Part shown: positions 38,736 to 48,777 of the stretch, one piece after another
Numbering within the stretch: the stretch's first letter is position 1
How the letters are laid out: every line of letters starts with the position of its first letter
From: an uncultured Acidobacteriota bacterium
GTDB taxonomy: Bacteria > Acidobacteriota > Terriglobia > Acidiferrales > UBA7541
Length of the DNA: 64,000 nt
Direction of reading: 5' to 3'
Assembly (NCBI GenBank): GCA_963719845.1
Contig: CAVRDM010000016.1
Span: 14,654 to 78,653, forward strand
The notes under the pieces: generated by a model
The model's database searches: none
What the model was told of the DNA's origin: nothing
What the model saw: the letters and a program-made list of their open reading frames with translations, nothing else
Made by a program: the position numbers and the translations under genes

Positions 38736-39886
38736 TTGCCATCGCCTGCGGATGGATTGAGGAGCAAGCGATAAAAACGGGCCACTTCCGCGGCGCTGTT
38801 TCCAGCCGTAAACTTTGCGCTCACCAAACGAGTTCCCGCCTGAGCCATTTGTTTCCGCCCGTCCGCATTTCTAAGAGCGTCCACGCATGCCTTGGCCAGC
38901 GCCCGCGGATCAGAAGAGTCAACAAACACGCCGCTGACACCATTTTCGATCACTTCGGCAATGCCCCCCACGGGTCGAGCTACGATTGGCACTCCTAGGT
39001 AAAGCGCCTCCAACAGAGCCATAGGCAAGCCCTCATGATCGGAACAGAAGATCAGCACGTCGAGGGCCCGCAATACGTCGAACACGTCGTCTCGATGGCC
39101 TAGGAATAGAACCTGATCATCGAGGTGCAGATCATGGGCGAGCTGCCGCAGTGCGTGCTCCTCGCCGCCTTCCCCGGCAATAAGAAACTTGGTGTTGGCC
39201 TGGGAGCTTGCAATCTCCCGCGCAGCAGCCAGGAATATATCCAGGCGCTTGACCGGGTCCAGGCGTCCCACCGTACCAACGATCCAACAGTCTGGCGGAA
39301 CACCCAAGCGTCGCTTCGCTTCGTCCACGGTAAGCGGTGAAGACACTCGCCGCTCGTCAATCCCATTATAAACAGTAACTACTTTGGCAAAGGGGATTTG
39401 GCGTATGAGTTTCCTTCGCAAGTCTTCGCTCACGCTCACCACAAGATCGGTAGAATAACGTGCCAGCAAGCGGTCGAGCAGCTGAATACCGTGTTGCTTA
39501 TAGTGCCTGTGCCCCGCGAAAGGCTCTGGCGCGCCATGGCTTGAAGATACGTGAACCGGCACATGACACCGGCCGGCGACAAGAGCAGCGATTAAATTTT
39601 CTTTATAGCGATGTGAATGCAGAATCTGAACCTTTTTGCTTCGCACGAACCGGCATGCTTCCGAACAGATCTTGAAAAACCCCCACTCGCTTTCCGGTAG
39701 AAGGCAAACTTCAACTCCGGCTTGACGTGCTTCGGCCGCCAGCCGTCCCTCGTTTAGAAAAATGGCAGAAACCCTCAGATCGTCGATGCGCTGAAGAGCT
39801 GTCAACAGGCCGGCAAGCTGCGATTCCGCGCCAGCCCAACGGTCTCCTGAAGCGACGTGGCATACTGCAATTCTTCGCGGGCTCAC
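38732..39886 (-). CDS. GT4 glycosyltransferase
   Basis: 384 aa. GT-B C-terminal motif DVLIFCSDHEGLPMALLEALYLGVPIVARPVGGIAEVI. Confidence 0.85.
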   Translation of the reverse strand: MSPRRIAVCHVASGDRWAGAESQLAGLLTALQRIDDLRVSAIFLNEGRLAAEARQAGVEVCLLPESEWGFFKICSEACRFVRSKKVQILHSHRYKENLIAALVAGRCHVPVHVSSSHGAPEPFAGHRHYKQHGIQLLDRLLARYSTDLVVSVSEDLRRKLIRQIPFAKVVTVYNGIDERRVSSPLTVDEAKRRLGVPPDCWIVGTVGRLDPVKRLDIFLAAAREIASSQANTKFLIAGEGGEEHALRQLAHDLHLDDQVLFLGHRDDVFDVLRALDVLIFCSDHEGLPMALLEALYLGVPIVARPVGGIAEVIENGVSGVFVDSSDPRALAKACVDALRNADGRKQMAQAGTRLVSAKFTAGNSAAEVARFYRLLLNPSAGDGK

Positions 39887-39913
39887 GGGGCGCTTAGTCG
39901 GTCCAGAGCAGCC

Positions 39914-41044
39914 TCAACCACGCTGAGACGGCTGCCAGCTAACGAATTTCTCTCCTGAAAGAAAATAGAACCAGGCCATTACGGTGGCAGCATTCCCTAA
40001 TAAAAAGTAACCCGCCAGTTTGATCGGCTTCCAAACTGAGGAACGATCGATAGCCAGAGCCAGCAATCCTGCTGCGTACATGGCGGCTTGTGATAACAGG
40101 GATAGCTGATAAAAGGTTCCTTTCGTCCATAGAAACAGGTTCGAAACGAATAAGAGCAGCATAGCGAACGGAGTCAACCAGCGAAACAGCTTGTGGCTAA
40201 GCAGTTGCCATGAGAAAAATCCGTAGCGTAACGGGTTGAGAAGCTCTATATGTCCGAAGAAAACAGCCAGTCCGTTCACGATCGTCCGAATTTTTCTTTG
40301 TAGCTCCGCCCTTTCCGAACGCACCAAGCCGTAGCGTCCGACCGATTCGGGGTCTACCACCGCGCGCATGCCCAAACTGACCGTGTTCAGAACAACAAAA
40401 AAATCACTGGTTTGATCGATATGCCAGGTATCGCACACGCTGCGGCGAGCCGCGAAGAATGATCCACTGGCAGTCACCAGCGACCCTATGCGGGATTCCA
40501 AACGCCGCATGCGCATCTCGAACTGCACATAAAGCTGCTCACCCATCCAGCCTTTCTTCCCGACAATCTCATCCTCGCTGCTTACGCAGCCCACTGACAT
40601 ATCGGCAAAGTTTGAGATCATTTTCTGCAAACTGTCGCGCTCGAATTCCACGCCGGCATCGGTAAATACGAGTATTTCCCCGGTCGCCGCATCGCGCGCC
40701 AGCATCTGGGCGTATTGTTTGCCGCTGCGATCCCGTATTTCAATTAGCCTCACCCCGCGAGGCGCAAATGAGCGAACGATATCAGGAGTACCGTCGTCGG
40801 ATCCATCCGAAGCCACGAGAATCTCGTATTTGTCTGCCGGATAAGCGAGCTCCAAGCAGTTGCGGATTTTGTTTGAAATAGTGGAGGCTTCGTTGTGCGC
40901 CGCAATGATGATGGACACCGCCAGCTGAATCTCGGCGCGCTCGTGAGGGCGCCGGTAACAAAGAGACACCATCCACAAAACCACATAGTAACCGGCAAAC
41001 GTGTAGGCAAGGAATGCCGCCGCCCCCCAAAAGACCCCCAGCAT
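39914..41044 (-). CDS. Membrane-anchored GT2 glycosyltransferase (synthase-like, TM helices on both sides of the catalytic domain)
   Basis: The ORF track starts at 41125. The ATG at complement(41042..41044) (MLGVFWGAAAFLAY) avoids overlap with the upstream stop at 41049..41051. Contains VSIIIAAHNEASTI, LVASDGSDDGT, FTDAG and C-terminal helices. Confidence 0.8.
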   Translation of the reverse strand: MLGVFWGAAAFLAYTFAGYYVVLWMVSLCYRRPHERAEIQLAVSIIIAAHNEASTISNKIRNCLELAYPADKYEILVASDGSDDGTPDIVRSFAPRGVRLIEIRDRSGKQYAQMLARDAATGEILVFTDAGVEFERDSLQKMISNFADMSVGCVSSEDEIVGKKGWMGEQLYVQFEMRMRRLESRIGSLVTASGSFFAARRSVCDTWHIDQTSDFFVVLNTVSLGMRAVVDPESVGRYGLVRSERAELQRKIRTIVNGLAVFFGHIELLNPLRYGFFSWQLLSHKLFRWLTPFAMLLLFVSNLFLWTKGTFYQLSLLSQAAMYAAGLLALAIDRSSVWKPIKLAGYFLLGNAATVMAWFYFLSGEKFVSWQPSQRG

Positions 41045-41048
41045 GGCG

Positions 41049-42167
41049 TTAGGCCACACGGAGGAGCCGCTCGTAAAGGTGCTCGTGTTCTTGCACCATT
41101 TTTTCGATTGTGAACATGGATTCAACCTTGGCTCGCGCCGTCTGAGCCAAAGCTGCGGCTCGTTCCGGATGCGTCAGAAGTTCGCAAATCTTGGCAGCCA
41201 ACGCGGTGGAATCCGCGGGCGGCACCAAGAGTCCCGTGCGCTGGTCTTCGATGATCTCTTCAGGTCCGCCGGAACGAGTCACGATGACAGGTTTACTCGC
41301 CGCCATAGCTTCCACCGTCGCCAGCGAAAACCCCTCGCTCACCGAGGACAACACAAAAATGTCCAGATCGCGAAGAATCTCCGGGACATCTTCTCTGAAC
41401 CCAAGAAAAAAGAAGTGGTCCTGAAGAGACATTTCCTGCACCAGTTGTCGCATCCGCGGCTCAATGTTTTTGTGGAAGTCTCCGATCGCCATAAATCGAG
41501 TGTGGGGCATCGAATCACTCACTTGGCGGGCAGCCTGAATGAAGAACTCATAACCCTTGCTTTCGCGCAGATTAGCGACCATGCCAACCAACTTGTCCCC
41601 GTTTAGGTTCTTGAACTCGGCGCGCAACCGTCCGGTCGCCGCCAGATGAAACCGATCGGTGTCGACGCCGTTATAAATGCGAAAAATGCGTTCGGGGGGA
41701 AAACGAAGATCGAGCAAAGAACGGCGCAGGTATTCTGAGACCACCACAATAGCGTCGGCCGAGTGCCGCACAAACCACAGTTTTGCCGCGCTCCGCAGGC
41801 CAGCCCGTTCCGCTGCGGTGGGGAAGCCATGATAACTTACAACGACCTTAGCTCCGGTGAAGCGGCTTGCTAAACAGCTATAAAAATTCTGGTCCCCGAG
41901 ATGCGAATGGACTAAATCCACCTTTTCGCGACGGATGAGATCTCGCATCACTCTCGGTAAGTGCAGGTCATACCATGCGTTTGATTTGGCCACCAACGTG
42001 GGGATGCCGCGTTTTGTCAGTTGCGTTCGCAACCAACCGTCTCCTGGAAGGAGCACCAGGGAACGAAATCGGTGGGTATCGATGCGGCTGGCGAGCGCCA
42101 GAAGGACGCTCTCGGCGCCTCCCGGCCCCCCGGTTTCAATGGTGTATAGAATAGTGTGTTTCATCAC
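41049..42167 (-). CDS. GT4 glycosyltransferase
   Basis: 372 aa. Contains ILYTIETGGPGGAESVLLALA and LDIFVLSSVSEGFSLATVEAMAASKPVIVTRSGGPEEII. Confidence 0.85.
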   Translation of the reverse strand: MMKHTILYTIETGGPGGAESVLLALASRIDTHRFRSLVLLPGDGWLRTQLTKRGIPTLVAKSNAWYDLHLPRVMRDLIRREKVDLVHSHLGDQNFYSCLASRFTGAKVVVSYHGFPTAAERAGLRSAAKLWFVRHSADAIVVVSEYLRRSLLDLRFPPERIFRIYNGVDTDRFHLAATGRLRAEFKNLNGDKLVGMVANLRESKGYEFFIQAARQVSDSMPHTRFMAIGDFHKNIEPRMRQLVQEMSLQDHFFFLGFREDVPEILRDLDIFVLSSVSEGFSLATVEAMAASKPVIVTRSGGPEEIIEDQRTGLLVPPADSTALAAKICELLTHPERAAALAQTARAKVESMFTIEKMVQEHEHLYERLLRVA

Positions 42168-42910
42168 GCACTGAATCGTGCCAATACGGTCCGGGCTTTC
42201 CGTATATTGCGCAACTGCCGGCTAATTATGTTCAGTAATCCGGCTCTGATCCGCGAGACTCCGCCGTGGGCATCGGCGCGGAAAAAGCGACTTCGGCTAA
42301 CGTAGCGGCCGCTCTGCAAATTTGTCAGGATTGCATCTCTAGACAGCAACGCGACGTCCATTTCAATCCCAATATCATAAAAAGAAGCCGTTCGATGGAA
42401 GTCATGCGAGGCGACAGCCAACAGGCTAGGGTTAAGCTGTTGCATCCTCCGAAATCCACTCAATGCGACGGGTGAAGGCAGATACTTGCCGTCATAACCA
42501 ACATTCCAAATCTCCGCCGCGTCGATGGCCTGCAACACATCCGCGGCACATTGCCACCCGATTCGCATTGGATGGGCCAGGATTGCAAATCCGCCCTGTT
42601 GATGTATTTCGCGAATTACGGTTACGGGATCATTCGGCGGGATTAGGCGCGTGACTCCGAGTCCGACAATGTGCATGTGCCTGGTAACGGCAAATTCGAT
42701 TCCGGGGATTACAAAAAAGTTATCGTCGGAATTTCGGGCGCTTTGATCGATGAGCGTTTGAACTTTCGCATCGTTTAGATCCTCAGCGTGCTCGCCCATC
42801 GCGAGAAATTGGTATCCCTTGCCGCGATACCAACTCGCGAGCTCCGCGATGGTCAGTGTGCCGTCGTGCGACAATTGGGAATGAATGTGTAGTGCACCCT
42901 TAGCACGCAC
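42164..42910 (-). CDS. PHP-domain metal-dependent phosphoesterase
   Basis: 248 aa. HxH motif LHIHSQLSHDG, then GEHAED and ILAHPMR. It overlaps both neighbours (4 nt and 11 nt). Confidence 0.7.
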   Translation of the reverse strand: MRAKGALHIHSQLSHDGTLTIAELASWYRGKGYQFLAMGEHAEDLNDAKVQTLIDQSARNSDDNFFVIPGIEFAVTRHMHIVGLGVTRLIPPNDPVTVIREIHQQGGFAILAHPMRIGWQCAADVLQAIDAAEIWNVGYDGKYLPSPVALSGFRRMQQLNPSLLAVASHDFHRTASFYDIGIEMDVALLSRDAILTNLQSGRYVSRSRFFRADAHGGVSRIRAGLLNIISRQLRNIRKARTVLARFSA

Positions 42911-44127
42911 CCGGCTCCTCCTTGCGGGGAGGGTTAGCTCGCATTAAGTGCGCAATATAGGCTTTCCATTCATACCAGCCGGGTCTCGGGTCATTAAAGC
43001 GGAATACCTCGTAGTACAGGTTTCGCTCGTATAGTTTCAAAAAATCCAAGGACGCCTGCAGCTTTGACGTCGGAAAACGGGAAAAGCCGTTCTTGCCCTC
43101 CCCGTGGGTTAGCCGAATCAACAGGTGATCTAAATCACCCAGCAGCCAGCGGCTCTTTACGCCAACTTGATAGTTGAATACGCTGGGGACGTCCTCCCCA
43201 TTCGCCAACCGGTACAACATCAACGGAAAATTGATACCCGAGTCGATGGCTAACTGGAGAGAACCCCAGAATCGCCCGTTAATCTCCATCAATTTTGCTT
43301 TCCCATCGCGCCGATCTAACTTGAATTCCACCATCGCTGGTCCTTGCCACTCAATCGCTTGCAGCAGATCGAACGATTCCCGCACCAAATCTTCGTCGAA
43401 CGGAATGCTTTCTCGATACACACTCACTCCGCCCCAGGGAGGCTTTTCCCGCAAACGGCGGTGGCAGAATGCCGCCTTCAGTTCTCCATTCCACAACAGA
43501 AGAAACACGCCCCTGCCCTCCCCCTCGATTTTCTCCTGAATCAAGGGATCTGGAATGAGCATATGAGCTTCGTGATACTTCTCAATCAAGTCCTGAACGT
43601 CGTGAGCATATTGCACGTTGCCGCTCACCCATTTGCCATTTCGCAATAACCACGAAAGGCGGGGCTTTATCACTACCGGGTAGCGGAGTTTCTTCGCACA
43701 TTCCGCCAGATCGTGTTCTTCATGCGGCATCAATGTCTCGGGACACGGTATCCCCAGCCGCTGCGCTGTCAGAATGACTTCTCGTTTGTCCTGCGCTCGC
43801 GCAATTTGCGACGGGTCGGGAATGGGTAAACGCACGAGCAAGCTCGAGTGACTGTCCTATTTCCGCGACGAGCTGCATAGTGATATCGGTCATCGGAAGC
43901 AAAACCCGGTAGCGGCCATCACGCGCCTGCGCCAAAATAAATGACTGAAACTCCGTTCGTTGCACGACAGGTGACGGATAGCAGACTTGCTCAGCGCAAT
44001 ATCGGGAGCTGCCGGCGAGGCTGGTCGGGCTGCTACTCCCGACCGTGACGCGTATTCCTGCTTGCCCCAAAGCTCGTACCACGGCTAAGGTGGCCCGCTG
44101 GTCCCCGTCGGTTACAAATATGGACAC
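42900..44127 (-). pseudogene. ATP-grasp family carboxylate-amine ligase, split by one frameshift near 43840
   Basis: ORF 43720..44127 (MSIFVTDGDQRATLAVVRALGQAGIRVTV..., pre-ATP-grasp Rossmann-like) and ORF 42900..43841 (...DKREVILTAQRLGIPCPETL...YPVVIKPR...MVEFKLDRRDGKAKLMEINGRFWGS) are in different frames but are colinear with a single ATP-grasp enzyme. Confidence 0.7.
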
Positions 44128-44138
44128 CTTATGCTCCT

Positions 44139-45170
44139 TTAGACCCGGCCCGCCAGGGTTAAGCTGAGCATTGCAGGTGAGAAATGACCATGACGATCCG
44201 TCACGTTACCCTCATGAAGAAGAATTCGGCGGATCGTATACGGGTCTTCTCGGCGCTCAAACCACCCCGGCCGAGTGGTGAAAGCACATCGGTAGCCCAC
44301 TTGTTCTGCACAACGACGCACTTCCTCATTCCAATCGCCGTTAGGGTAAGCCAGGGCAGGCACGGATTTGCCCGTCTTTTCTTCCACGACGGATTTGCTG
44401 ACGCGCAACTCGCGCTCAACCGTATCGGCACGCTCAAACGTCAACAGAGGATGAGTTACGGTGTGAGCGCCCATGTCGATCCCATCGCGGCTCATCTCGA
44501 GTACTTCGTTCCAGCTAAGCATGCAATCGATCGGATCGGGCTCAGCATTCCTTACCTCCCGCGGAATCAATTGCGTCAGGAAAGAGTTTCGTGTTTCGGT
44601 GGGCATATGCTTCAGCCATTCCACGGCTTGCTCGAGTTCCCCCAGCCCATCGCCGCTCTGCCCGGCCAAGCGCCGCAAGTCTGATTTCAATTGGACCCGG
44701 GCCTCCGGCATCCTCCACAACTTTTTTAGTTCCTCAACCCAGAAACCTCTTCGACTTTCAATCGCGCCCGTGGCCAGGAATACAATGGCTGGCATTCCGA
44801 ACTTCTTAAGCCACGGATAGGCCCGGGTGTAGGTATCCTTCCAGCCGTCATCGAAGGTAAGCAGGCATCGCGGCTTGGACCGGTCAATTTTTCGTTCCCC
44901 AGCGAAAAGCGCCTCAAACGAGATAACGCAAAACTCTCCCTGGAGATACTCAAGCAGTCGCGCAAAGGTCACATCGGTAACCACCATGCCGTCCAGCGAA
45001 TTGGATAGCGATCGTTCCGCATTCGTCAGTACGCGATGTAGTCCGAATACGCAGACTTCATCTTTATGAAGTGCTCGCTGGCGCAATAATCGCCATGAGT
45101 CTGAGGCCCCGGAATAATGCCAGACATTGGCGGCGCTGGCCCTCACAAATCGCCGCAATTTAGCGAGCAT
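44139..45170 (-). CDS. Polysaccharide deacetylase (NodB homology / CE4)
   Basis: 343 aa. Contains LLTFDDGWKDTY, GAHTVTHPLLT and LAYPNGDWN. Confidence 0.8.
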   Translation of the reverse strand: MLAKLRRFVRASAANVWHYSGASDSWRLLRQRALHKDEVCVFGLHRVLTNAERSLSNSLDGMVVTDVTFARLLEYLQGEFCVISFEALFAGERKIDRSKPRCLLTFDDGWKDTYTRAYPWLKKFGMPAIVFLATGAIESRRGFWVEELKKLWRMPEARVQLKSDLRRLAGQSGDGLGELEQAVEWLKHMPTETRNSFLTQLIPREVRNAEPDPIDCMLSWNEVLEMSRDGIDMGAHTVTHPLLTFERADTVERELRVSKSVVEEKTGKSVPALAYPNGDWNEEVRRCAEQVGYRCAFTTRPGWFERREDPYTIRRILLHEGNVTDRHGHFSPAMLSLTLAGRV

Positions 45171-46554
45171 TATTGACGGCTCCTTGCAGAACTCCGGCGA
45201 GAGTTTCTGTCAGGCACTCCCAGCGAAATTGGGCAACGAATTCGGGTCGCGGAGGGCGAGGAACTTCATTTGTTCGTTCACTCTCTATAGCCGTTCTCAG
45301 CGCTTGCTTAATACCTTCTTTGTCCCCTGGCGCAACAGCCCAACCAGCCCCAGCCGCTTCGATCAGCTCCCTCACGCCGCCCTGGTGCGTCAAAGCCAGG
45401 ATAGGCCGGCCGACGCGCAAATAGTCATAGGTCTTTCCTGCCACGGCCAGCTTGGAGAAATCCTCGCGTCCCCAGAACAACAACAGGCAGTCACTGGCCC
45501 GCATCATTTGCAGAATGTCAGCGCGATCCTCTAGAAAACCTCGGACCTGCATAATGTCTTTCAGTTCCCCGTCTGCGGCATAGCGCAGGACGCTCTCGCA
45601 TGGATAACCGAAGATGTTAACTCGCAGCCATCCTCGTAGCCCCGGCGAGTCCCGGAGCAATTCAATTAGAGCGGAGAAGAAGCTGCCGTAATTCTCAGGA
45701 TAGATGGTTCCAAAGTGCGAGAGATGAAAATAACGCGGATCTAAAGGGGGTTGCTTTACTGCTTCCGCGGAAGCGAAATCTTCTTCAAAAAAACCGTTGC
45801 GAACGACCGTGATTTTTTCAACAGGGACGTGGAAGAATCGGTTCAGTTCTTCGGCGTGTTGCGGGACCATCACCACTATTCGATCTGCTTTCCGCAGAAG
45901 AAGTGCTTGTAACCATTCGTCGGATTTTCTACGGAGCCGGCCTTTCACCGGATACCATGGGTCCATAAGCTCGAATACAAATGGCACGCCGTAGAGAAGT
46001 TTCATCAGCAACCCAATAATGGGGGCGGAGCGCGGCGGGCTGGTGGCGTAGATGGCGTCAAACGGGTCGCGGTGATGGAGCTCGATGGCGCGGGAGAGAG
46101 CGAACGGTACCCACCCAACTGTATCATCCGGAAAATAAAAAGTTGAACGTATGAGTTCAGCCAGAAAGCGCAGCTGTCGTGCGAACCGTCGCTCGCGATG
46201 AACTGTGGCGGCGGGCTGAAGGCCGTCTCCGCCCGCAATGGTCTTCGCAACGCGATTTTCCCACCCGTTGATGCGTATGAGTTGTGTCCGGATGACCTCT
46301 ACACTAGGCGGCAGCTTTTCCAGAAGTTTAGGTTCCTGCGTGCTTTCGCCGGCTCGTATGGTCAAAACAGTGGGCAGCCATCCAAAATCGGGCAGATACT
46401 TCGTCAGGCCTGTCATGCGGTAAACCGCACTTGTCCGGTTAGGCGGAAAATCATACGAGACGACAAGTACTCTTTTTGCCTTTCGTGGCAAGCTGCCACT
46501 CACATCCGGCACTCCGGCCGGGCGCGGTTCAACCTGTTTGGATTCCACACTCAT
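45160..46554 (-). CDS. GT-B fold glycosyltransferase (GT4-like)
   Basis: 464 aa. Contains VLVVSYDFPPNRTSAVYRM and C-terminal LLLFWGRE...VAGKTYDYLRVGRPILAL. Confidence 0.7.
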   Translation of the reverse strand: MSVESKQVEPRPAGVPDVSGSLPRKAKRVLVVSYDFPPNRTSAVYRMTGLTKYLPDFGWLPTVLTIRAGESTQEPKLLEKLPPSVEVIRTQLIRINGWENRVAKTIAGGDGLQPAATVHRERRFARQLRFLAELIRSTFYFPDDTVGWVPFALSRAIELHHRDPFDAIYATSPPRSAPIIGLLMKLLYGVPFVFELMDPWYPVKGRLRRKSDEWLQALLLRKADRIVVMVPQHAEELNRFFHVPVEKITVVRNGFFEEDFASAEAVKQPPLDPRYFHLSHFGTIYPENYGSFFSALIELLRDSPGLRGWLRVNIFGYPCESVLRYAADGELKDIMQVRGFLEDRADILQMMRASDCLLLFWGREDFSKLAVAGKTYDYLRVGRPILALTHQGGVRELIEAAGAGWAVAPGDKEGIKQALRTAIESERTNEVPRPPRPEFVAQFRWECLTETLAGVLQGAVNNAR

Positions 46555-47567
46555 GAAAGAGCTCGTTTAATTGCGCGGGCCACGTTCGTGACCTTACTCG
46601 GCAGGTAGCTGGCGGCCAGGTAGGAAAGCGACCGTCCGCTGGTCCAATCATATTTTAGGCTGGACGCGAAGTTCTTCCTGGCTTCCGCAAGAGACATGTT
46701 TTCAAAATGGAGATACCCCAGGTCCCAGTAGTTCAGAGCCACTTGAATGTTTATAAGGCGTCGCGTGTGACGCGGCATCTCAGGAAAATTCGTCAGCGCT
46801 TTTTCGAACAACACGATTCTTTCGGCAGCCGTCTTCGGCAAATTCGAAGAAAGATTACCCTCACGGTTTCGCTTGATCACGAGCGGCTTGTTCAGCAACG
46901 CAACTTTCCACCGGTAGGAGATGCGCAGCCAAAGATCGTAATCCTGAGCAATCGAGAGATGCTCGTCGAAGTTACCAATCTCATCCAGGCATGAGCGCCG
47001 GACCACTGCTCCTGAGGTCAGAATGAACCCGCACTGAACGAGTTGGTCGAAAACAAAGCCGCTGGCCGCTGGCCGGCTACTCAGAAAGGACGGCTCTGGT
47101 TGGCCTTGCTCGGGAACAACTGCCCAATCCGTGTATACGAGCCCTAACTCGGCGTCGCCATCGAGCATTGGAATCTGCTCTTCTAATTTGGTGGGCAACC
47201 AGAGATCGTCGGAGTCCAGGAACGCCACATACTTGCCGCGCGATCTCGCAATCCCATGATTCCGCGCGGCGCCCGCACCTCTGTTCTCTTGTCTAAAATA
47301 TGAGATCTGGTCGCCAAATGAGCGCGCTACTCTTTCCGTGTCATCGGTAGAGCCGTCGTCAATCACCAGAATCTCGAATTCCGAGTAGCTTTGATCGAGC
47401 ACACTCTGAATGGCGGCTCGGAGTGAGAACGCGGAGTTGTAAGCAGGAATAATCACGGAAACCGGCGGCCTGCTCTGCGCTTCCCCCCGCGCTTGCACCG
47501 CATCGGGTGCAGGCGGCGCCAGGGACTTGCTAATCTGGTTTCCATTTCCAGGAGAAGTCATTTTCAA
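46551..47567 (-). CDS. Glycosyltransferase family 2
   Basis: 338 aa. Contains VSVIIPAYNSAFSLRAAIQSVLDQSY, ILVIDDGSTDDT and FLDSDDLWLP. Confidence 0.85.
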   Translation of the reverse strand: MKMTSPGNGNQISKSLAPPAPDAVQARGEAQSRPPVSVIIPAYNSAFSLRAAIQSVLDQSYSEFEILVIDDGSTDDTERVARSFGDQISYFRQENRGAGAARNHGIARSRGKYVAFLDSDDLWLPTKLEEQIPMLDGDAELGLVYTDWAVVPEQGQPEPSFLSSRPAASGFVFDQLVQCGFILTSGAVVRRSCLDEIGNFDEHLSIAQDYDLWLRISYRWKVALLNKPLVIKRNREGNLSSNLPKTAAERIVLFEKALTNFPEMPRHTRRLINIQVALNYWDLGYLHFENMSLAEARKNFASSLKYDWTSGRSLSYLAASYLPSKVTNVARAIKRALS

Positions 47568-47577
47568 TGGTCGCTAG

Positions 47578-48777
47578 TCATACGCTGTTCAGAATATCAG
47601 CCATTCGGCTGAGATCCTGTGCGCCAACCGACGAATGCACCGGCAACGTCAGTAGTCGTTCAGACAAAAACTCCGCCTCCGAACGGTGAAAGCTCTTGAC
47701 GGACATGTGCCCCCCAATACCGGGAATGTCACAGATGGCACTCGGGTAAGACGCACCTGCTCCGATTCCCGCCTTGCGCAGACGACGTACTGCCAGTTTG
47801 GCAGTCTCTTTATTTCTGGCCACAACGGGCAAACGCACGAAGGTCGGATGGCTATCCCGCACCGGCGGCGGACAGTGAAAATTAGAATTTTCGGCCAGCG
47901 CCCGCATGATGATCGTGGCATTGGATCGACGAACCAGGTTTATCTCTGACAGTTCGTTGAACAGCGAGGGCAGTAGTGCCCGGCACAGACCGGGAAGTTC
48001 GGCCGTCTTGAATGCCGGATCAAATTCTGTGACGCCCAATCCAAGGAACGGGACCGAGTTCGGGATCCAGTAAAGGCGAGGATTAAGAAAAACCGAATAA
48101 ATCAGCATTTTCAATAATAACCCGGCTCCATGAATCCGGGACTGCGGGTTGAGGTCCTGGGCTTCTTTTTCCAAGAGGCGAGCGATTTCTTCTGAATTCG
48201 TTACGATTAACCCGCCCTCAATGGTAGTCACCGCTTTCCCGCGGCCCAGGCTGTAGAGCCCAACGTCCCCTTCGGTGCCGGCGAACTGTCCGTTCCGAGT
48301 CGCTCCCAAAGCCTGGGCCGCGTCGTCCAGCACAAAAGCGTCCTTAGCTCGCGCCGCTTGCCGGATACGTGGCAGATCGTTCAATAAACCAAACAGGTTA
48401 GAAGGAATAATGCACAACAGTTTCTCGCCTGGCACTGCGTCAAGCTGCGCGAAATTAAAATCCAGCGTGTGCGGATCAATTTCAATGGGATATATCTTGA
48501 GCCCCGTTCGGACCACCGATGCCGCGACGGAGAAACACGTGTAGGCCGGAACCGCCACAACATTGCGCTCCGGACGAAGACGCTGCAGGCTTCTAAGAAT
48601 TAACCACAACGCAGCTCGCCCAGATGACGCTCCAAAGACGTACTTAACCTGCAAATGTCCGCCGACCAATGTAAGGCATTCTTGGGCGCTGCCCTTACCT
48701 CGCCCGGCCACTTCCAATGCGCGCAGAATTTGAGTGATCTTCAGCGGCGCGCCGGCGGGTGGAACAAAACGCAGCAT
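47578..48777 (-). CDS. DegT/DnrJ/EryC1/StrS-family PLP-dependent sugar aminotransferase
   Basis: 399 aa. Contains VAVPAYTCFSVA, FVLDDAAQALGA and YSLGRGKAVT (candidate PLP lysine). Confidence 0.75.
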   Translation of the reverse strand: MLRFVPPAGAPLKITQILRALEVAGRGKGSAQECLTLVGGHLQVKYVFGASSGRAALWLILRSLQRLRPERNVVAVPAYTCFSVAASVVRTGLKIYPIEIDPHTLDFNFAQLDAVPGEKLLCIIPSNLFGLLNDLPRIRQAARAKDAFVLDDAAQALGATRNGQFAGTEGDVGLYSLGRGKAVTTIEGGLIVTNSEEIARLLEKEAQDLNPQSRIHGAGLLLKMLIYSVFLNPRLYWIPNSVPFLGLGVTEFDPAFKTAELPGLCRALLPSLFNELSEINLVRRSNATIIMRALAENSNFHCPPPVRDSHPTFVRLPVVARNKETAKLAVRRLRKAGIGAGASYPSAICDIPGIGGHMSVKSFHRSEAEFLSERLLTLPVHSSVGAQDLSRMADILNSV

